A stretch of DNA of 64,000 nt from the NCBI RefSeq assembly GCF_002899675.1, contig NZ_PKUU01000025.1, forward strand, positions 48,555-112,554, in the 5' to 3' direction. Below the pieces are notes generated by a model, which saw only the letters and a program-made list of their open reading frames with translations, did no database searches and was not told where the DNA came from. This DNA is from Clostridium sp. chh4-2. GTDB lineage: Bacteria > Bacillota > Clostridia > Lachnospirales > Lachnospiraceae. Shown piece after piece: positions 59,161 through 64,000 of the stretch. Positions within the stretch are counted from its first letter, which is position 1, and each line of letters starts with the position of its first letter. A program made the translations under genes and the position numbers.

Positions 59161-60404
59161 TAAAAATCCTCCTCCCCCAGATACAGGCTGATCATCCGCT
59201 CCATATCCCTTCGCCAAATGGCCTCCACCTGCTTGTTGGAACATTCAAAAGAGAGGATGCGACCGGTAAATGTCTTAACCCAGGGCAGCAGCTCATTGGC
59301 ATCCCATACCCGGACTTCATAAAGGTAAGCTCCGGGACCTGTTCTGGTTATGGTTCCATGTCTTCCTTCCCGTTCCAGCCTGTTTAATATGTATTGTTCC
59401 GTCTCTTCATTAATCTTTAAAGTGAGCTTCACCTCTTCCGGATTCCGCTTGCTGCCGAAGGATACGCCCCAGCAAAAACTGAGATTCCTCAGCAAACCTT
59501 CCATATGCCTGGAAAATTCAGGTTCGGCTTCGCCCACAGATACGGATTGGATGGTATCCAGCCGGTAGGCGTGAAAGCGGCAGGAACGTCGGTTCCTGAG
59601 ACAGACATACCGCCTTCCTGTCTGAGTGCTGACCAATATTTTAAGAGGCGTGCCTATTGCCTCGGAAACATTTCCCCGTTTGCTGCCTCTTATGGTCAGG
59701 GATACAACCTTCTGCTCTTTAATCGCGGTGAGAAGAGGCAGAAGAATTTCATCTTCCAGCGTGTGCACCAGATAATCGTGCTTCATGCGAAACAGATCGT
59801 TATCCGTCTGCTGGTTATCCAGAATGGTGCTTCCCACGAACCCAAACGGCGAGATTCCCTGATAAAAACGAACCGCATTTAAAAGGTCAGGCAGTTCCTC
59901 AGGTATTTCTTCCTCCACACTGGGATTCACCCCGTATAGATTCTGCTTCCCTTCCTTATAGAGAGTGAAAAGCCCGCTCTTTTCATATTCCACCAGCTTT
60001 TTTCTAACCGTCTGAGAATCAAACAGAACCTGATAATTGATCTGAATTTCATCTGTAATCTCATCCACGCTTCTCAGTTCCCCGTCCTGAAGCAAATCCA
60101 GAATGAAAAAATGAAGCATAATATCATTGGAAGTAAAACTTTTTGATTTCCAGACCGAATACAGCGGATTGACCGAGATGCGGCTGCTGTCAATGGTGAT
60201 AGCCACCGATTTTTTTCGCTCCGAATTATAGTCGCTTTGTATGTAATCGGAAAACCAGCTTTCGATCCGCCTCCGCTCATTGTCATAGGTGCGGGCGCTT
60301 TTATTCTGATAGTCTTCCCTCGTTTTAAAGCCATAGATATAGAAATCGCGGACATAAGTCCTTATCTTATCAAACCGTTTCACCAATTCACTGAATTCCG
60401 ACAT
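59160..60404 (-). CDS. HTH-WYL-WCX transcriptional regulator (PafB-like)
   Basis: N-terminal HTH (KSARTYDNERRRIESW); WYL core (VVSLTIRGSKRGNVSEAIGTPLKILVSTQTGRRYVCL); C-terminal WCX. Confidence 0.65.
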   Translation of the reverse strand: MSEFSELVKRFDKIRTYVRDFYIYGFKTREDYQNKSARTYDNERRRIESWFSDYIQSDYNSERKKSVAITIDSSRISVNPLYSVWKSKSFTSNDIMLHFFILDLLQDGELRSVDEITDEIQINYQVLFDSQTVRKKLVEYEKSGLFTLYKEGKQNLYGVNPSVEEEIPEELPDLLNAVRFYQGISPFGFVGSTILDNQQTDNDLFRMKHDYLVHTLEDEILLPLLTAIKEQKVVSLTIRGSKRGNVSEAIGTPLKILVSTQTGRRYVCLRNRRSCRFHAYRLDTIQSVSVGEAEPEFSRHMEGLLRNLSFCWGVSFGSKRNPEEVKLTLKINEETEQYILNRLEREGRHGTITRTGPGAYLYEVRVWDANELLPWVKTFTGRILSFECSNKQVEAIWRRDMERMISLYLGEEDF

Positions 60405-60552
60405 ATTCCCGCCTCCCTGAACTGCTATTTAAAATCATTATACTGGTTATTAATGGAAGTTCGCAACTTTTTTTAAATGATACTTCATAAGATTCCTGAT
60501 ACGATAAAGGCACAACAAAACAACACGGAATAATAAAGAGAGGAAGAAAGAG

Positions 60553-61785
60553 ATGTTCGTAATTTATAATGAAAAAACAAATAAGCCAATTAAAGTCTGG
60601 CTGGAATCAGCAGGACAGATAGAAGAAAGCTGTTTGGAACAGGCTTACCATTTATCGAATCTTCCGTTTATACATAAATGGGCCTGTCTCATGCCTGATA
60701 CCCATACCGGAAAAGGAATGCCCATCGGCGGCGTGATCGCAGCGGAAGGCGTTATTATCCCCAATGCGGTAGGCGTGGATATCGGATGCGGAATGAATTT
60801 TGTATCCATTGATATAAAAGTGGAAGAGATGCGCGGGATCATGACCGGAAACGGAACACTGATCCAGTCCATAGTAGGAGATATTTTAAGAAATATTCCC
60901 GTAGGCTTTAATTCCTATAAAACAAAGCAGGAATCCCAGGTTTTGAACCGCGCCATGGAGAACCGTGAAATTTATGAGAAAAATCCACATTTGTTTCCCT
61001 TAATTGAAGACGCTTATTACCAGGTCGGCACTCTGGGCGGAGGAAATCATTTTATTGAACTTCAAGAGGACCAGGACGGATTTCTCGGAATCATGATCCA
61101 TTCGGGAAGCCGCCATTTTGGAAAGGAAATCTGTGATGAGTACCACAACAGAGCGAGAGCGTTAAACACCATGTGGCACAGCAAAGTGCCGGATGAATAC
61201 CGTCTGGCATTTCTCCCGGTTGAATCCGAAGAGGGGCGTGAATACATTGACTGGATGAACCTGGCTCTGGAATACGCCTTTGAAAACAGGGAGCGCATGA
61301 CGAAAAAGGTAATCGCCATAACATCAGCGCAGATTGAGAAACATATGGGCCTGAAGATGAACTGCGGAAAAGAGATCAACTGCCACCACAATTATGCGGC
61401 TCTGGAAAACCATTATGACAAAAATGTCTGGGTTCACAGAAAAGGCGCCACCAGAGCCAGAAATGGCGAGCTGGCTGTAATACCGGGCGCTATGGGTTCC
61501 TACAGCTACGTGGTTATGGGAAAAGGAAATCCAGAAAGCTTTTGCTCCTCCTCCCACGGCGCCGGAAGAGCTTATTCCAGAAAGGGAGCTATGGCCGCAT
61601 TTTCCTGCGAACAGGTTATGACAGATTTAAAGCAGCAGGGAGTCGTGCTTGGAAAATATAATAAATCCGATGTGGCGGAAGAAAGCCGCTTTGCATACAA
61701 GGATATCGAGTCGGTCATGGACAGCCAGACCGATCTGGTAGTCCCCATAAAACGGTTAAAAACCGTAGGGGTTATAAAAGGATAA
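60553..61785 (+). CDS. rtcB: RNA-splicing ligase RtcB (3'-phosphate/5'-OH RNA ligase)
   Basis: CLMPDTHTGKG, GVDIGCGM, HNYAA...HRKGAT metal/GTP-binding motifs; 410 aa. Confidence 0.9.
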   Translation: MFVIYNEKTNKPIKVWLESAGQIEESCLEQAYHLSNLPFIHKWACLMPDTHTGKGMPIGGVIAAEGVIIPNAVGVDIGCGMNFVSIDIKVEEMRGIMTGNGTLIQSIVGDILRNIPVGFNSYKTKQESQVLNRAMENREIYEKNPHLFPLIEDAYYQVGTLGGGNHFIELQEDQDGFLGIMIHSGSRHFGKEICDEYHNRARALNTMWHSKVPDEYRLAFLPVESEEGREYIDWMNLALEYAFENRERMTKKVIAITSAQIEKHMGLKMNCGKEINCHHNYAALENHYDKNVWVHRKGATRARNGELAVIPGAMGSYSYVVMGKGNPESFCSSSHGAGRAYSRKGAMAAFSCEQVMTDLKQQGVVLGKYNKSDVAEESRFAYKDIESVMDSQTDLVVPIKRLKTVGVIKG

Positions 61786-61892
61786 TTAACTACTGTATCT
61801 TGGCATATATGCCGGATGGTGCCGGCTGCGCTGCAGTTTGGTATGCCGTAGTAATTATGATAAATGCTATGTGGGATAGCAGAAATGATTTG

Positions 61893-61920
61893 TCGCAGGT
61901 TCGAATCCTGCCGGCTAACG
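61893..61920 (+). pseudogene. tRNA 3'-end-like fragment (T-arm GCAGG-TTCGAAT-CCTGC plus 7-nt acceptor strand), with a D-arm-like CTCAGTGGGTAGAGC 10 nt downstream; no complete cloverleaf
   Basis: Canonical T-loop GGTTCGAATCC read directly from the sequence. I could not fold a complete tRNA by hand. Confidence 0.3.
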
Positions 61921-62270
61921 CCGTAACTCAGTGGGTAGAGCAATCATAAAACACCTGTCAAGTGTTTAGAAGAATGAACTTCTTCTCAAATGTGCAAGTG
62001 ATACCGGATTGTATCGGCCGTTTCGCAAACGGTAAAAAGGCCAGCGCCGCTTTACCGTTACGAAAATGGCAGCAGGGAAAATGCCCTGAAGCCCGATGGC
62101 TACCGCAGCTTGAAAAAAGTCCCCATGTCCCGGAACTTGTTTCGGGAAGCCGGTTCTTTTCGATTCTGCCTAAATCAGACTCCGCATATTTCTTGTGATG
62201 CAAACCGGAATCACAAGCTTCAAATTATTAAAAAAGTTAAGCTGCCAAAGGCAGAAGAACGGAGGTAATC

Positions 62271-63365
62271 ATGAAATATATAATCAATCAAACGCAGTGT
62301 GGTTTCTTGTTAAAAGACGGCAGCTATGTAAAAATGCTGTCCAACGGAAAACACAATTACATAAAATCATTGGGCTATGAAGTGATCGTCGAAGAGATGA
62401 ACGGACCGGTGAAATTTTCCAAGATTCCAAAAGCAGTTTTGCTTCAGGACCCTGAATTCTCTAAACAGGTTCTGCATATCCAAATTCCCGACGGTTTCCT
62501 TGGGCTCTTATATCTAAACGGCAACCTGAACGGAGTTTTAACCGAAAAAGAATATCTTTTCTGGAACGTATGGGAAAAATACGAATACCGCCTGTTGGAT
62601 ATGAGGGAAACGGTTATGGACAAAGAGGTGACAAAACAGTATTTGTCCTACATACCGCTTAAATATTACAAAAAAATAGAAATCCAGCCAGGTGAAACCG
62701 GCCTGCTATATCTGGATAACCAGTATACCGACGAACTGACCAGCGGCACTCACTACTACTGGCTCTATTCAAAAGACGTTTTATGCCGGATTGTGGACTT
62801 GAAAACAAAAGAACTGGATATTACCGGACAGGAGATATTGACAGCCGACAGAATCGGAATCCGTATTAATCTGATCTGTACCTACCGGATTGCCAACCCA
62901 AGAAAAATGGTGGATACCATAAAAGGACTGGAAAACCAGCTGTATTCCTGCGCTCAGTTAATCATCCGGGAATATATAGGCCGCTACCGCCTGGACGAAC
63001 TGCTTGAGCAGAAAGAAGAGATATCAGGCTACATCTATCAGAGGTTAAAAGAAGAGCAGGACCGCAACTGCGTAGAATTCCTTTCCGCCGGAATCAAAGA
63101 CATCATCCTTCCGGGCGAAATCAGGGAGATCTTAAACACGGTGCTGATCGCAGAGAAAAAAGCGCAGGCCAATGTGATCACCAGAAGAGAAGAGGTGGCA
63201 TCCACCCGTTCCCTTCTCAACACAGCCAAACTGATGGATGAGAATAAAACCCTCTACAAATTAAAAGAAATGGAATGTTTGGAGAGAATCTGCACCCAAG
63301 TTGGAAATATCAATGTGGCCGGCAGCGGAACTTTGCTGGAGCAGTTGAACAATTTAATGGGTTAA
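62271..63365 (+). CDS. SPFH/band-7 (stomatin/prohibitin/flotillin/HflKC) domain protein with a non-membrane N-terminal region
   Basis: aa ~180-340 ...ILTADRIGIRINLICTYRIANP...IIREYIGRYRLDELL...AEKKAQANVITRREE match the SPFH fold pattern. Confidence 0.55.
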   Translation: MKYIINQTQCGFLLKDGSYVKMLSNGKHNYIKSLGYEVIVEEMNGPVKFSKIPKAVLLQDPEFSKQVLHIQIPDGFLGLLYLNGNLNGVLTEKEYLFWNVWEKYEYRLLDMRETVMDKEVTKQYLSYIPLKYYKKIEIQPGETGLLYLDNQYTDELTSGTHYYWLYSKDVLCRIVDLKTKELDITGQEILTADRIGIRINLICTYRIANPRKMVDTIKGLENQLYSCAQLIIREYIGRYRLDELLEQKEEISGYIYQRLKEEQDRNCVEFLSAGIKDIILPGEIREILNTVLIAEKKAQANVITRREEVASTRSLLNTAKLMDENKTLYKLKEMECLERICTQVGNINVAGSGTLLEQLNNLMG

Positions 63366-63420
63366 AAAGCAGCGCAAAAGAAGTGCCGCATATAAAAAAC
63401 ATCTTGCGATTGACATCACC

Positions 63421-63492
63421 CAACAAAAAACGCTATATCTGTTCCGGTCTTTCTTGTATAGAAGAAAGACTGCGTATACAAGATATAGCGTT
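63421..63492 (+). terminator. Rho-independent terminator of the SPFH gene (nested hairpin)
   Basis: aaaaaacgctatatct...gtctttctt-gtata-aagaaagac...agatatagcgtttttt. Confidence 0.75.
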
Positions 63493-63570
63493 TTTTGCAG
63501 GCCAAATCAAAGGGGAAGCGGAAAATGTAAAATGAAAGGAAAAAAACTTAGAAAAATATGTAAAAACCTG

Positions 63571-63602
63571 TTGACTTTTGATGAATGGTTTGATATTATA
63601 AT
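63571..63602 (+). promoter_or_regulatory. rRNA operon promoter P1 (TTGACT-N17-TATTAT) with upstream A/T-rich UP-like region
   Basis: ttgacttttgatgaatggtttgatattataat. Confidence 0.55.
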
Positions 63603-63673
63603 ATTCGCCTTACGAAATGAGGCAAAAACAAAGAAACTTTGTAAAAAAGTTTTGAATAAAATAAAAAAAGTTG

Positions 63674-63705
63674 TTGACAAGCACTTGAACATGTGATAAG
63701 ATAAT
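63674..63705 (+). promoter_or_regulatory. rRNA operon promoter P2 (TTGACA-N17-TAAGAT)
   Basis: aaaaaaagttgTTGACAagcacttgaacatgtgaTAAGATaat. Confidence 0.45.
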
Positions 63706-63937
63706 CGAGTTGCTGTTGAAGACAACAACACAGAATGAACCTTGATAATTAAAGATTGAACAGTATGTAAAACCCTGAAAATTCTAATAAAACAGGTCAT
63801 GTTTGATGGCCTTGAATGAGAAGTTCAGAACAATACAGAGATGTATACGAACCAAACAAAAACAGTAAAGAGAGTTGAAAAACACTCTCCGGATTTAAAA
63901 TTAGCTAACGTTAATTTTGAATCAAGATCAAAACTTT

Positions 63938-64000
<63 letters not shown>

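Noticed and set aside
60405-60552. Candidate CRISPR array or defence-island hallmarks near the WYL genes
   Set aside because: No direct-repeat/spacer periodicity or cas-like ORFs are present. The only repeats in the window are the palindromic and MITE-like elements listed.
61820-61945. Complete tRNA gene (including a permuted or intron-containing form)
   Set aside because: Only the T-arm/acceptor 3' end is canonical. The candidate 5' acceptor strands (TATGCCG, GCCGGCT) do not pair with CGGCTAA, and the D-arm and anticodon stems cannot be formed. It is kept as a tRNA-like fragment.

Overview
This is a 64 kb window from a Firmicutes/Clostridia-type chromosome; the closing 16S rRNA 5' end plus the RBS usage, gene content and roughly 50% GC suggest a Lachnospiraceae-like anaerobe. 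Reading left to right, it contains the following. (1) A frl-like sugar-amine utilisation locus: an ABC transporter, a HAD phosphatase, a TIM-barrel sugar-phosphate epimerase, a SIS-domain deglycase/deaminase, YjbQ, a GntR/HutC regulator and an ADP-ribosylglycohydrolase. (2) A compact, terminator-bounded three-gene operon: a 458-aa non-pyrrolysine homolog of the monomethylamine methyltransferase MtmB, an NCS2-like permease and a small beta-barrel-like protein. (3) A small accessory patch holding an Rpn/YhgA-type PD-(D/E)XK putative transposase and a PGRP-type amidase. (4) A large anaerobic cobalamin biosynthesis cluster: cbiL, cbiH, cobS, cbiB, cbiK, cbiF, a HemC-CobA-HemD triple fusion, cobQ, cbiC, cbiD, a CbiJ-CbiE-CbiT triple fusion, a CobU-SirC fusion, cobD and hemB. 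A PocR-domain AraC regulator and a RACo-like corrinoid reductive-activase homolog (MetH-activation-like domain, 2Fe-2S ferredoxin and ASKHA ATPase) are inserted into this cluster. No B12-box riboswitch is detectable upstream of it. (5) Housekeeping genes: rel, an MBL hydrolase, a HemZ-like radical SAM enzyme, hisS, aspS, an AEC transporter and kduI. (6) A LysE/LysR pair, an OmpR/histidine-kinase two-component system, and an AraC-controlled ABC transporter with a GH4 glycosidase. (7) Two tandem WYL-domain (PafB/PafC-like) regulators divergent from the RNA ligase rtcB, followed by tRNA-like fragments, an SPFH-domain protein, rRNA promoters and the start of the 16S gene. Non-coding features worth a second look are a recurring GTAAYTGTTCAG(C/T)AGGTCTG motif (two solo copies inside the cbi operon and a MITE-like inverted pair upstream of the two-component system), a roughly 300 bp nested imperfect palindrome between kduI and the LysE-like gene, a 94 nt double-hairpin palindrome upstream of hisS, and a promoter-terminator-gene arrangement in front of the MtmB-like operon. 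The best candidates for an undescribed system are (i) the non-Pyl MtmB-like methyltransferase operon together with the RACo/MetH-activation-like reductase embedded in the B12 cluster, and (ii) the WYL-WYL/RtcB module.
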